Shown here: positions 48,200 through 61,190 of the stretch, one piece after another
How the letters are laid out: each line of letters opens with the position of its first letter
Position numbering within the stretch: the first letter of the stretch is position 1
Assembly: GCA_013239625.1 (NCBI GenBank)
Contig: MU056134.1
Span: 2,926,477 to 2,990,476, forward strand
DNA length: 64,000 bases
Direction: 5' to 3'
Origin: Lama guanicoe
Taxonomy: Eukaryota
Position numbers and translations under genes: made by a program
Notes under the pieces: model-generated
The model's database searches: none
What the model saw: only the letters and a program-made list of their open reading frames with translations
What the model was told of the DNA's origin: nothing

Positions 48200-48575
48200 C
48201 TCCCACTCAAGATGAATGTACAAATCACAATCCCAAAACACCTGGGGAGAGTGGTGGCTGAGAGAGACAGCCAACGGAGAGTCTCAAAGAGTTAGTGCAC
48301 TGGAAGGCAGTACCAAAGAAGGTACCCAGAAAGTATCTCAAAGAGATAAAAGTAATAACCAAAAAAGTGCAGTTGGGAGCTACAGAGGATGTATGGAGAC
48401 ACTCTGAAGTGTATTCGACAGGGTTTCCCGGAGAGGAGACATGGAATGACGGACTAGCAATATTCAAGGACATCATGGCTGCAGATTTTCTGTAACTAAA
48501 GCTATTTTATGGATCCTCAGATGGAAGGCACATATTAATCACCAAGCAGATAAGTAAAAAATAAATCCACATGTG
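48200..48575 (+). mobile_element. Ancient L1 ORF1 remnant
   Basis: agcaatattcaaggacatcatggctgcagattttct..aaataaatccacatgtgga. Confidence 0.55.
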
Positions 48576-48699
48576 GAAAACCAGGGGCATCCTCCCTCTG
48601 CCCAACTCCTATTCCTGAAATCCCTGTCCCCTGACCCTTCCCAGGAGCTGCCCGACCCTGTCCTTCACTGTTTCAGCCCCGCTTCTGATTCTGGAACTG

Positions 48700-49065
48700 T
48701 CAGGAAAGCCCTGGGTTTGGGGTTAGGAGACACAGGTTCGAGCCCCCCATCTGTTACTGCCTCAGAGTCCTCACTGAACCTTGATTCTTCCCTTAAAATG
48801 GGACCAGAACTAGAATTATAGAAGCTTAGAACCAGAAGGGACTTTGGGGGTGGTGCCATCCCAGCAGGCCACGGCTGCGTTGGAGTTCCAGCTCTCCCAC
48901 TAACCAGCTCAGGGTCCGCAAGACACTTGACCTCCTCCTGTCTCTCCAGTTCCCCATCAGGAAAAGGGGGTAATAGCAGCACCCACCTACGGGGCTGTAT
49001 AAGGATGAAATGGATTTATACTTGTAAAGAACTTAGCACAGTGTCAGGTGCATAGTAAATGTTCA
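48700..49065 (-). mobile_element. MIR SINE fragments
   Basis: ggggtaatagcagcacccacct..aaggatgaaatg..gtaaagaacttagcacagtg..gcatagtaa. Confidence 0.7.
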
Positions 49066-49360
49066 GCCTGGGGCGGCCACTTCTGTGATTGTAACAATAG
49101 CCCCCCAACAAAACGCTACTTGCACCTGTGCTCAGGGCAAGGGCTTCCCACTGAAGTCACCGACCCCGGCCATGGCAGAACCAGGGCGCACTGCCACCTC
49201 TGCACTGGGGGACGGACAAACCAGCAGGCTGCCCCTCCCCACCCTTGTCCCTGGCCTCCAGAGAAGCCCCTCTCAGTGGCCAACCGTGAACTTCCCCAAA
49301 TTCGAGCGTGCCCCGCCCCTGCCCCAGCCCGCCCCGACCCTGTTGCCCGGGGTACCCTAC

Positions 49361-49447
49361 CTCTCTCTGCTCACTGCAGATCTTACATAGCCACAGGGGC
49401 CGCTTCTGGCCAGGGGAGACCTCGATCCCACATTTGGTGCAGACTTT
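49361..49447 (-). CDS. RPH3AL: RPH3AL (Noc2) internal coding exon, 87 nt, second half of the Rab-binding-domain zinc finger: KVCTKCGIEVSPGQKRPLWLCKICSEQRE
   Basis: Manual translation of the minus strand matches recalled Noc2 KVCTKCGIEASPGQKRPLWLCKICSEQRE, with two CxxC pairs. Acceptor ctctcttgtag|AAA, donor GAG|gtaggg, phase 0-0. Not in the supplied ORF track. Confidence 0.97.
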
Positions 49448-52400
49448 CTACAAGAGAGAGGACATGGGAATGTAAACACTTCAGCCCCCTTTCCCTGCAG
49501 CTAACAGGCTGGGAAAACTGTAACCAAGGAGCCCTTTGGCAGCTCCTGAGGGGATGGTTTTTGCTTCAGGCCAGAGGGCCAAAGGGCACAGATCATGTAA
49601 AACCTGTAGCTGGCTTTGGGGCACAATGGATTTACCCACAGACCTCCATGATATAAATACACCCCCACAAGGACGTCCTGTTGGGATCACATAAAAAAAA
49701 ATCAGCTTGCTGATAATCACAGCTGCACCATTTTCAATAGCAAAGCACTGGAAACAGCCCAAACGCCTGATACCGGAGGAAGATCCAGGCAAACACAACA
49801 GAATATGATACGGTCTTAACACAGCAGACTGTGTCGGATCCCGGAAATGTGGGCAGGAAATGATGTTATTCAACAAAGAAAACATACATTTGTATATAAC
49901 CGTGCGGAAAATTCACTTGTGTGCCTGATGTGGTGAGAAGACGATATAGGCAGCTTGAACACTTCCTTGATACCGAGGCCCTTCATTTACTGATTCCTGG
50001 AAACCCTATTATAAGCATCAGGCCCATTTTACAGGCAGTAGTTTGAGAATTTGCCCAAGTTCACACAGCAAGTAAGTCACAGACGCGGGTCTGCCTCTAG
50101 GGCTGTTGCACAACCGCCTGCGGCCACATAAGTAGCCAGGACCTAGTTTCCGTAGTGTTTTTCCTTCTACAGAGTTGCTTAAGCTCCTAACTTCTAAATA
50201 TGTATTTTGCTTCCCTGAAATGCACAGGCACCAGCAGCAGTGGGAAGAGCCAGATGAAACACACCGGGAGGCAGAGGGGGACTTGGTAGGGCTGAGACCT
50301 GTTCCCAACTAACCCGGGTCCAGGCTGATTTGGGGACAGCTGTCCTTAGGTCACACCAGCTGATCACAGTCTTTCTGCCACGTGGAAGCTGTTGGTCCCT
50401 GGGGGGCTGGGGGGTCTCTCCTGCCTCCGGGCCAGGGCAAGGCTGGATCTGTTGCTTGGCCTTTCCAGCAGGCTGCCAACTGAGCGAGGAACACACCTCT
50501 CTGTGGAGAAGGAAATGTCACCAACTTGGCTTCCCAGAGCATGTTGTCACCACCTGACTGGGTGGCTGAGCTGCAGGAGGCGGGGAGCCAGCTCGGGGCA
50601 GAAGGGAAGCTATGATACATTCGTGGGGGGCGGCGGGGGGGAATCCATTTGCTTCCACCCAATGCTCAGGTTTAAGAAATGTCACTTTTATTTCTCCAAA
50701 ATAAATTGACGTGGTCCCTCCTGGAATGTGCCAACCTGCTGGAGGGAGGAAACACACAGAGACAGGAAACACTCCCTCGGCAGCAGGGGGAGGTGCGCCC
50801 CGTGCACATTGAGTGATTGGCGAGGCGGCAGGAGATCAGATGAGGGAGAGTCTCATCCGGGGTGGTGTCCAGGGGCAGTGGGACCACTGTCTCTCTTGGC
50901 ATGTGGGGCAGGAATCCAGGCTGGCTTGGCCCCAGAAGAAATGACATTGAGGGTCCCTTGCTAAGGGTGGGGGGCAGACATGTGTGCCCCGTCCTCCATG
51001 TGCCTGCTCCGGCCTGCCTCCCCAGGGGTGCATCCTGCAGGTGTGTGCAGACTCATTCCAAGGTCTATGGGGTACCGTCCAGTGCATCCTCATAATCCAG
51101 GCCACTTTGGTCACTCCAAGTTTCCCTGGACCCCCAATTCCCCAATTCAGCATCATCACCTTCAACTTCCCACACTGCAGGCCAGAGTCTGAGGCACAAC
51201 AAGGTCTGAGATCCCACGGCTCGGGCACCTCACTCCCAGGTTGGGACTTCATGTCCTCACCATGAGCCCCCAGGTTCCGAAGCAGGGTTCCCCAGCTGCG
51301 GCCGATTAGCAGCAGGGAGCGGGTGCTGTGCTGGTGCAGGGTGGGGAACGAAACTGCTCGGGAACGGCCGTCTGAGAGCACTTAGTACCCGGGAATCAGC
51401 CACACCCTCCTCGACAGGCCCCGAAGGCTTCGCCGGACCCTCATCCATCACACAGAAAGTGGTGTTTGTGATGCTCAGCCAACCAAAAAGAGATGAAATT
51501 GTGCTCAAATGTTCCACACAAGGAGCCTGGAAAAATGTACGCTGTGCTGCAGAAATGAATACTGGAGACAGTTAATTTGAAAATATTTGATGTTTCAATT
51601 CAACAAGCATTTATTCAATACCAGATGGAAGGCACTGTTCTAGGAATGATGAGGATGAGCAAGGCACAGCCCTTTGTCCTCAGTGAGGGTCACATCAAAC
51701 GGAGGAGTGGATGAAAGAGCAGAACGCATCTGGAAAAGGACTTGCCCAAGAGTTCCAATCAACTGAAGTATGTCGGTGAGATGGTCTCTCGTTAGGAAGC
51801 AGGTGGCAGTGATGCTCACCCACCCCCCACCTGACCCTAGGAAAGCAGGGGAAGAAGACATGACCGTGTCCAGCTGCTCTCAGCACAGGCACAGAGCCAC
51901 CGTGAAGCAGTCAGCCCACGCGTGTGCATTTCGCGTCGCACGGTGTGTTCCCGACGCTGGAACTCGAGTCTTCAACGAGGAAAGATCCGATTGTTTTGGG
52001 ACAAAGCTACATGGCAATAAAAACGATGACGGTCTCAACAGAAAATCAGGACGGCACCATGTGTTCACTGACACAGAGCCACGTTCACAGTAAGTTAAAG
52101 AAGCACGTTATAAACAGTATGCCTGGTGTGATTCTCTACCATATGTAAATATGTACATGCGCCTGTATCTACTTAGAAGTCGGCCCGGGCACAGCCAAGT
52201 ATCTGCACGGGTATTGGTCCAAATGTAAGTCAAATCGTGCTAAGTCAGAATCTATTTTAAGTGGGCGAGCAGAATCCTTATTTAAAGGAAGCCTGTGCTA
52301 AATGTTTTAGGAAACCACTTGCCCCCAGCTTCATTTTTTGACCAATCTGGATTTTTGGTGGGTCAGGATGGATTAAAGAAGCTGAAAGCATATGCACAGG

Positions 52401-52714
52401 TAGGAGGGAGACAGGACTTAACGGCTGAGTGTGGCTCAAATGTAGACACTTAGCCCTGCCTCCAACCCCCCAGCCCCAACCCCCATAGATGGTGTCAACG
52501 GGTCACTGACCCCTCTGGTCACAGGCTCAGCCCTGCTCGGCCCCCGAGACATCATCAGACAGGCCTGGAGATGCACCACCAGCCCCGGAGTGCGGGGGTT
52601 AGAAACAGCCTCCTTGCCGTAGACAGACTCCATCTCCAGAACCCAGGTCCCGCTGCCAAAGGGCTTTAAAGACTTTAGATATTGATGTACATATTATAAA
52701 TATTTATATACTCT

Positions 52715-52910
52715 GTCGAGCACCGATGCTACACCAGGCACCAGGCTAGGTGTTTAATGCAGAACCTCATTTAATTTTTATAACCACCCTACGGAATGGG
52801 TATTATTGTCCCTGTTTCATAAACGTGGGATCTGAGACCTGAGGCTAAGTAAGTTGACCACGGGGAGCTGTGATGGAATCCCGTGCTGTTTGAGCCCCAG
52901 GTTTCAGCCC
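52715..52910 (+). mobile_element. MIR SINE
   Basis: tcatttaatt..taaccaccct..gggtattattgtccctgtttcata..tttgagcccc. Confidence 0.65.
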
Positions 52911-55324
52911 AGACAAGAGACTCATCCCAGCCTTCATTCTCCCCTGGAAGCTCAAGTGCAGGCAGGGACGGCTCTCCCTCGGCTCTCGGGGCCCCAGCCC
53001 CTCCTCCAGACTCCAGACTCTTCAAGCCTCAAGTGGGAGAGGGCACAGCCAGGCCCCTCCTCTGTTGATTCAGACGCAGGCTGAGGGCCAGCAGGGCTGA
53101 GGGCGCACTGACCCGAGCCCTGAGCACTGCCGAGATCAGGGCCCAAAGATGCACGGCCTTAAAAAGGCCAGCTGCCTGCTGCTTGGTGTGAGACAGAAGC
53201 CAGGAGGTGACCAGAGAAGAATTTCAGAAGGAAGATAAGTCTCTCTGTGCTTCCACCCCAGTGCTCTGCCAGGATGCCAGCCTTCCTCCATCCGGGCTGT
53301 GGGGGGCAGGTGCACTGCCCAAACAGGGCTAGGCCTCCTTTGTTCACTCAGGCCTCGGGAAGGCTGCACCGCCTTCTTTGAGTGGGCCTTCCCCCGCCCC
53401 TCTCCAGATGAGCCACTGACGCCACGCACAGGGGGACCACCTGTAAACCCCAGGCCCTAGCAGTCTCTTCCAGCTGAAAGGCAGCACTGCAGATTTCAGA
53501 ACCAGCTTCCACCCCTCCCCGCCCACAGCCCCCCACCTGCCACCCGCTAGTCAGCACTGCGTCCTGAGTGGAGAGGAGGGTTAAAAAGGCAATGGAAGGA
53601 GCTGGGGATGGGCACTGACAAGTGCATGATAAATCATGCCCTGGATGTGGCTTGGGCTTACCTCTGTGCTTGTGCCCCACTGTCTGATGGGCCCTAGATA
53701 CCTGGAGCAGGATGAAGCTGCTGGCTGCCTGGAGGTGGGGAGTGGCTGTTTCTCTACCTGCATCGGCCCCGGTTAACCCTTCCAGGTCCAGGTTATCCTC
53801 AGCATCACCTCTCAGGACGGAGACTCCTGCTCAGTTTCTGCCTCTTTCCCAGGCAGTCATGGGAAACAAAGATGTGAGTTGTCTTGATGGGCCCCGGGGG
53901 CATGCAGGGTGGGTGACAGACAGGAGAATGAGTGGAGGCAGCCGTGGCTGTAAACAAGAATTTGGGCAAAGGAGTGGAAATGGGTTATTCAACCTGAAGC
54001 TGAGAGGAAGGTTTTAAAAACTAGCAAATTTATTAATGTACCATGAAAGGGGGACCCCATGAGCCACAGCCCTGGGTCTCAAGGAATTCACTCATTCGTT
54101 CAGCAGGCATCTGTGCAGGACATGGTGGGTGCCAAGAGAGGCCCACGACAGTCCCTCGCGGGGAAGAACGCTGGCCTGTGTGGATGGAGCACCAAGCCCG
54201 GCCACGCCTGCAGCGTGACAACGCAGACACTGAGTACAAGGGAATGACCAGCCCAGACAAGGAAGGGGCAGCGGGCCGGAGGAGACCGCCAGGGACGGTT
54301 CCCAAAGCCGGCCTGTCTCAGGCAAGGGCCAGATGTCACTGGGGTGCGCTTGTCACCGGGTATTTCTGTGACCATTCCACCACGGCCCCTAGTCTGTGAC
54401 TCCAACTGGGGTGCCTCTCCCCTGGGAGGGTGTCAGACCCTCCAGGCTGGAGGACAGGACACTTGTGGAGGGAAAAGCACATTCAACATTACTCTCACTT
54501 TTTTCAAATGTAGAATATTATTTTGAAATTTCAAATAGCATTAAAAAAGGAGGAAGGTTTCCACCTCTACGAAAAGGGAGCCTGAGGTTTGACAGGCTCA
54601 ATGATGCTACTCTAAAGTCCTGGTGGAGAAGAAGCCCCACCTGCCCCAAGTCAGGCGGCTGGGTGGGGTTCCACACTTGTCCCTCTCAGACATCTAAGGG
54701 GACCCTGGGGCCTTGTGTGGGGCCAGACGATAGCACGGACTCCCCCTGGCTCCCCGGGTATGTGAAGATAGAAATTAATGCGTGTAGAGAGAACGGTTCT
54801 ATCCGACACAACCCTCCTTAAATGTCCCAGGCCTGGTGTGCACCCCAGGGTCCGCGCCGCCCCACCCTGGCCCGGAGCCAGCCTGCCCCGGGAGGCAGAC
54901 TCCGCAGTCAGTGCAGCGCCACCACGCTGAGGGCTCCCTGCCTCGCACCAGGCTTTCCTTGGGCTTGGAACACAGCCTGCTCCCCCCGACTCGTGTGGCT
55001 CCCACAAGTCCTTCAGGAACTAGACTCCCTGAGCCCTTGTTAGCTCCTTCCAGCCCTAAAGAAAGAAACCCCTTGCTCCTGGAACTGATGGGGCCACGAC
55101 TGAGCTCGTCAAGTTCTCCAGGCTCCTGGCTGTAGGTCCATGTGGCTCCATCCAAATCACTGGGGGAGGACACTCGGGCCAGTGGTCTCCCAGGACCTCC
55201 ACATCACACTGCTGCTCCCCAAACCAACTCTGGCCAGGAGGGAGTCAGGGCAGAGCAGAACCCAGGTGGCAGGACGCGGGCTCACATCCTCTTGCTCCCT
55301 GCCGTGTGGTTACTTAAGAGTTAC

Positions 55325-55570
55325 GACTCATAATGATAACAGTCACCATTTACAGAGCACTTAACTCCATGCCTGGCCCTGAGCTCAGCGCTCAGCGCAC
55401 ATCATCATGATCACTTTTAATCTCGTTTATGTTCACAACAGCCCTGCAAGGAAAGTTTTATGATCCGAACGCGGTGGATGATGAATCGGAGGCCCAGAAG
55501 ATCTTGGGTGGCTTGGCTAAATTCATGTCGCCAGGAGGCGGCAGAGCCAGGATGGGGACCCAGGTGCACA
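55325..55570 (+). mobile_element. MIR SINE
   Basis: catttacagagcactt..cacaacagccctgcaagg..gatgaatcggaggcccag..ggcagagccaggat. Confidence 0.65.
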
Positions 55571-58500
55571 ATCATAAAAGCAAGAGCTTATATAACATGT
55601 CCTGTGTGCTGGGCATGGCAGGGGTGCTTTCCACGGATTAGTCACTCAACAGTGACAGCACTGGGCAGACAGCTCAGGTCATCTGTCTGGGGTCACACGA
55701 GGACAGTAAGTGGAGGGCCGGACCAGGGTCCTACTCCCGATCTTGCCTTCCACCCCCGCCCTCTATGACCCCTGCTAGTTGAGAAGGATGCTTATGAGGC
55801 CGAGGAATCAGACGTCACTGAGAGAGAGGAAGTGGACTGAGCTGTCCCATGGACAGCCATGGTCTGAAGACGCACAGCAGCCTGCTCGCCGAGACAGACA
55901 CTGGACATCCCGGGAACATGAACTCAAGGAACTAAAGGCCCCACACAGCCAGCTCTAGCCTCGCCCGCCAGGCTCTGGTTGCATAACCAACCTCTGTTTT
56001 CCCGAAGTGCCGGGCTGGGGCCTCCCACAGACAGTTTCTCACCCATGCCTGCCACCTGGCAGCCACCTGGCCCAGGCTCTGTTGCAGGAGCCCGGTTCTT
56101 GATTCTTAGAGCCACAGCCAAAGGAGCGGCTGGATCACTCTGCTTTCTTGTCCTGAAAATGCTTTGCTCCTCTCAGCAGCACCCCCAGCTAAGGTTCCAA
56201 GTGAGCCTGGCTCCTCTGGGCCTGCCACAAAGCCGCACCTTGGAGGGCCACACACGGAGCCTTGGGTTGGGTGTACTGGGCAGATCCTGCCTCAGAAATT
56301 CTGCGGTTCTCGGGCGCGTGACCGATCTGTGAGCCTGACCCCAAAGACACTGAAGTTGCAGCCGTGCTCTTAGAAGGCTTAAAATCTCCATGAGAAGGCA
56401 AAGCAGGGGCCTCTGGTGAACCTTCCACCATCCCTCCCCCTGGAAGCTGGTAGGCTGCAACCTTAGCTCTACGTCGGTTCCAATGACGTGAAGAGCATTC
56501 AGTAAACACTTTAAATACTTCCTAAGGCCCTGCTGCTGTCAGGCCCTGGACTAGGCAGAGAACACGGCGAGGCTCCCAGGCTGAGGGCACAGAGACAAGA
56601 AGACAGATACACACGTATGTGAGACCCTTCCTGCTCGGCCCCCACCTGACTCTCCACCCTAGCCAAGCCCGCCGCGCCAGCCCCCCGCGCCTCACTCTCC
56701 GCTCCCAATACCCTAGGTACCCCCCTGCTTCCATTCTTCCGCCCATGCTGTGCCTCATGGCTAGCAAACGCCTATGTATTCTCCAGGAACAACTCAAATG
56801 TGCCTTCCTTGATTTCCCCCCAGGGGAAGTACAAATTACTCCCTCCTTTGCATTCCCAGTATGGGTCAACATCTCCAGAGGACTGCTGATTCCATCACAT
56901 TGAAAGTGTCTGTCCCATGACTGTGCCGCCTCTAGAAAAAGGACTTTGTTGTTTGAATCCCCAGGTTCAGCAGATGACTGGCAGGCAGTTGGCTAGGAAG
57001 AGAGTAGGGGGCTGACTGACAGGCATCATGTGCTGTGGGGCTGGGATTCCACAAGCATCTGGGGGCTGATGGTGGCTTTTAAGGAAGGGAGGGACAAGAT
57101 CAAATCTGAGTTTCAGAAAAGCACTTTTGCTGAAAATATGGATTTAGTCACTCTCTCCTGGTCAACTTGTCCCCCATATTCTCAGCAGAGGCTCTTTTTC
57201 CAGAACATTCCCAGATGCCTGTAGAATTCCAGTCCCTTGCTGGGTATGGAAAGTGAGGAAGAGGAAGGACTCTGGTTCACTCTGAGGCTATCAACCGGCC
57301 AACAGGATGAACAGTAGTGATATTAACAGAGTGGGACAAACGGCAGGAAAAATATTCAGCGTTGGACTCACTGACGCTCGCGGTGCGAGTGGACTCCTTG
57401 GCAGAGCTGTCCAGCAGCAGCTGACACCCAGGACCAGAGCTTGGGGGGAAAGCAGGAGCCAGAGAAGAGGGAGGGCAAGCACGTGGCGTTGGCTGAAGCT
57501 TGGGAACTCACGGGAAGTGAGAGGTCCTGGAGATCAGTGAACTTTCAATATTGATCTGAGTGCATCCCTTGTCGGTTTCGCCACCCCCGGAACAGGTGCT
57601 TCACGAGGGCCAAGGCTGGGCCTGACCCTGAGGTCACTCTGGAACCCAGACTGGTGCTTGGCACACTGCAAGTGCTCGGTGAATGTTTGTTTAGGCTGAA
57701 GGAGACATGCACACTTGGGTTCTGGTGGAACTAGTGGAGGAGGAGAGCATAAGAAGGGGACAGGGCCTTCACAGGGGCTGGGGCCTGGGGGAGCAGGAGG
57801 GGCCCCACAGCACAACCACAGGGTCGAGGCTGGACACAGCCAGCCGGCCAGACAACAAACTTCAGTTGCTGGGCCAAACGGAATAGGGTGGGGAGTGGGG
57901 AAGGCCAGTCCAGGGTCCACCAAAGCCAACTCAGCACCAACACCCCTGGCCAAAGACAGGACGTCCTCCAGCCCTGCCCCCACCAACTCTGCGTGGACGC
58001 GGCTCCTCGGCAGCCCTGCCTGTCCCAGGGCTCAGCACCATCCTCTCTGACTCTCCAGGATCATCGTGACTCTTAGAAGCTCAGTTTATGTGAAAACACC
58101 CCCTCCCTTCTCTGTGCCCCTTCCAGGGCCTGGGACACAGTAAATATCTGCGAAATCATAAAGTACCTGTCATCGGAACTGATTTTTTTTTTTTGGAAAA
58201 ATACAGCAGGCTTGACAAACACCCAGGGGCTTCTCAACATTCCAGGAGCAACAGCACTAATGATCAATTAAGGACCCTGCTGATGTGCAGGAGCAGAGCT
58301 CAAAGGAGAGCGGTGACAGGTCTGGGCCAGGTGGAGTCAGGTCCGATCCTCAGGCCTCAGAACTCCCAGCCTGGGTAGACTGTTTATGCAGCTAAAGTCA
58401 GCAGCTGGTGCCCAGGGAATGAATGGGCTGAGGGCCCTGGATAACATGTGGAGGTGGTTAGACTTTATTCTGAAGGCAGTAGGGAGCCACTGAAAACTTC

Positions 58501-60739
58501 AAGGGGAGGGAAAAGCCACACTTGAGCAAGACAAAGAAGCAGAGAATGAGCTAGAAAGCAAATGAGACTCCACTGCAGGCGGTCAGGAGCCTGGTGGTGA
58601 GGCACCCAGGTGCTTAGGCCTCACTCCCTAGGGGGCCCAGATGACACTCCTGTCTGCGCCCAGAAACTCAGCCAGGCAGAGGTGGTTCTCGGGCAGAGGG
58701 GTCTCTGGAAGGTGGCAGATCACAACCCCTCTCAGTCTTAGTTTCTCCATCTGTAACCTGGGTGAGTCACCCCTCCCACAGAAGGCAGGACAACAAGGGT
58801 GAGGAAAGGGTTTGGGAGGGAGAACACTCACAAAGCCTCCTTTAAGAAAGGCCGTTCTTTCTAGGTTTGAAGGCTCGGGTTAAAGGGCGCCTTGGGTGAG
58901 GAGCCGGCCTCCCTGCCTCCCCATCCATCGGCCCATCCACAGGAGCAGCGCCCCAAAGTCCCCACGGGGAAACAGACTCAATCCACCTCCAGTTAAGGTC
59001 AGTGAACGGCAAACAGCTGTGCGGGAAACGACGCAGCAGGAAAAACAGGAGCAATTTGAGAGCGATGAAGAATCGCAGGCTCTCTGAAGTGTGGCAGCTG
59101 GCGGGGCACAGCCAGCGAGGTGAGGGCCATGTGCGCGGTGCCGGGCCACAGCCCGGACTGGAAATGTCATTATCTGTTATTTACCCCAGCAGAGGACAAG
59201 AGGCCGCACCAAATTGCCGTTCCTGGTAACAGCTGCTAAACAGATTTGCCACCCCTGCTTCCTGCTGCTGGTGCTCCCTTGATGCTATGCTGACCAGACC
59301 CTGGGAAAAGCCACTGAGAGGGGGTGGCAAGGGTCCCAAGGGTGCTGGACAGGGGTCTAGGGAAGAGGCCTGGTCAGTGTTCCCAGCCCAAGCCTACAGA
59401 AGCTCTGCCCACTCAGTAAGGGGGTGGCCTCACTCGGACCGGTCTATGACTCAACAACCACAAATACCCTACGTGTGTCTGGCAGCTGTTCAGCCACTTT
59501 GGGGGTGTGACAAACTCTGTGGGGAGGTGTGCCTGGGGAGGGGGGTCCCAGGGCGCCACACCTGACTATGGAGGTCAGTAGCGTTGGGGTTATATCCCTT
59601 TCCCAGTGTTGGGGGCACTTATCCAATAGCCTTTGCACCCCATGTGTGATCTGGCACTAGACAGCACCTTCCTCTGGGGGTCTCCTGCATGTCTTTAGCT
59701 CTCTTTACTTCTCAAAGGGCATGTGGGTGGAGTTCTGAACCAAGCAGTAGGAGGAATGGCAAGGCCCTGGCAATGCCACCAGGAGCACATCATCTCTCCA
59801 AGCCTCAGTTTCTCCATCTGGAAAATGGGCATAACCAGAGCCATTCACCTACCGACCCCCAGGGGATGCGAGGGGCTTACAGCATCACAGGAACATCAGA
59901 GGCAAGGGGGGGCTCTCAGAAGCACATGCCAACCCCTACCCTGGCTTCCTCCCGCTAGGAGGACACAGAGTCCATTACAGTCTGCGCCAAAGTGAATTGA
60001 GATGCAAACCCACCACGGCTTTAAAATAACAACCACTGAACTGTGTTCCAGAGGTGCGGACAAATGAGCTTCAGCCCACAGCTGTGGCCGCTGCTGCTCT
60101 GGTCTGTGGGGGCCAGCTCTAGGGAGGGGATCCTGTAAGGACTGGGCTGACCTGAACTTCACAGCAGGAAACTGCTAGAAGGCCGGGGAAACCCTCTCCT
60201 CCAACCCCTCTGGCCGCTTCCTTTCACAGGGAGTGTAAGAGGCCGAGCACGGGACAGGGCTCTGATCCGAGATCACAGGGGTTGTCCAGAGCACAGCTCT
60301 CCTACGCTCCTGACTCCTGGTCCTCTCAGAGCAGGCGCGGGAGACGTGGGCAGGGCCGGCAGAGATGCGGCTGCATTTCACCTATGAATTCAGGCAACAC
60401 TGCCCCCACTCCACCCCCACAGCTATGTACACAGGGACCAGTGCCGTCAACTGGACTTCTGACATGAGTGGCAGGGGCAGGGGTGGGGACACGTGTGTCA
60501 GGAGGAGAGTGCTGAGCAAAGGAAGGGAGCAGAAGCTGAAATGCAGGGGGCCACCGCCCTGGGAGAGATGCAGCGAGGGGAGAGGCCAGGCCCAAAAGGG
60601 AGCAGGATGGGGGTGTCTGCAGTGACACCAGGAACAGCACCCCTACCCCAGTCCCGCCCCCAACAGGTATCTGAGCAGCCTGGAAAAGGGGGAGCTACAG
60701 GGAAGGGCAAAATTCCCTTCCACCTCCCTTATATCTAAG

Positions 60740-61190
60740 GATGGAATTCGATTTCCAGGTATAGACCTGGAGGAGACATCTCTGATATGTTATTAAGTGA
60801 AAAAGGGAATTACAGAATGAGTATATTACAGTCCCATTAGAAATATGTATACACATACACCTGTGTGCATTTGCAGGTGTGTGGAGAGAGAAAGGTATAG
60901 AAGAACAAATGTTAAGGCTGCTGAGGTTGGGGGTGGGGGGGTTAATATTTTCCACGCTCTACATTGTTTTTTTTTTTATAATTTGTGTGCAGTTACTCTG
61001 TGCCAGGGACTGTTTCTAAGAGCTTACTGTATACCTCACTCATGTCAGTGCTCACCACCTTATGACGTAGGTAATACTGTTATTCCCTATTTCCAGGTGA
61101 GAAAACTGACGCGGAGAGGTGAGGTGAATTGCTCAAGCCAGGAGATGAAGCCAGGCAGCCCGAACCCAGGGCTCTTAACCTCTATGCATG
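60740..61190 (+). mobile_element. Old L1 3' fragment followed by a MIR
   Basis: gatatgttattaagtgaaaaagg (L1M), then tattccctatttccaggtgagaaaactga..gaacccagg (MIR). Confidence 0.65.
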
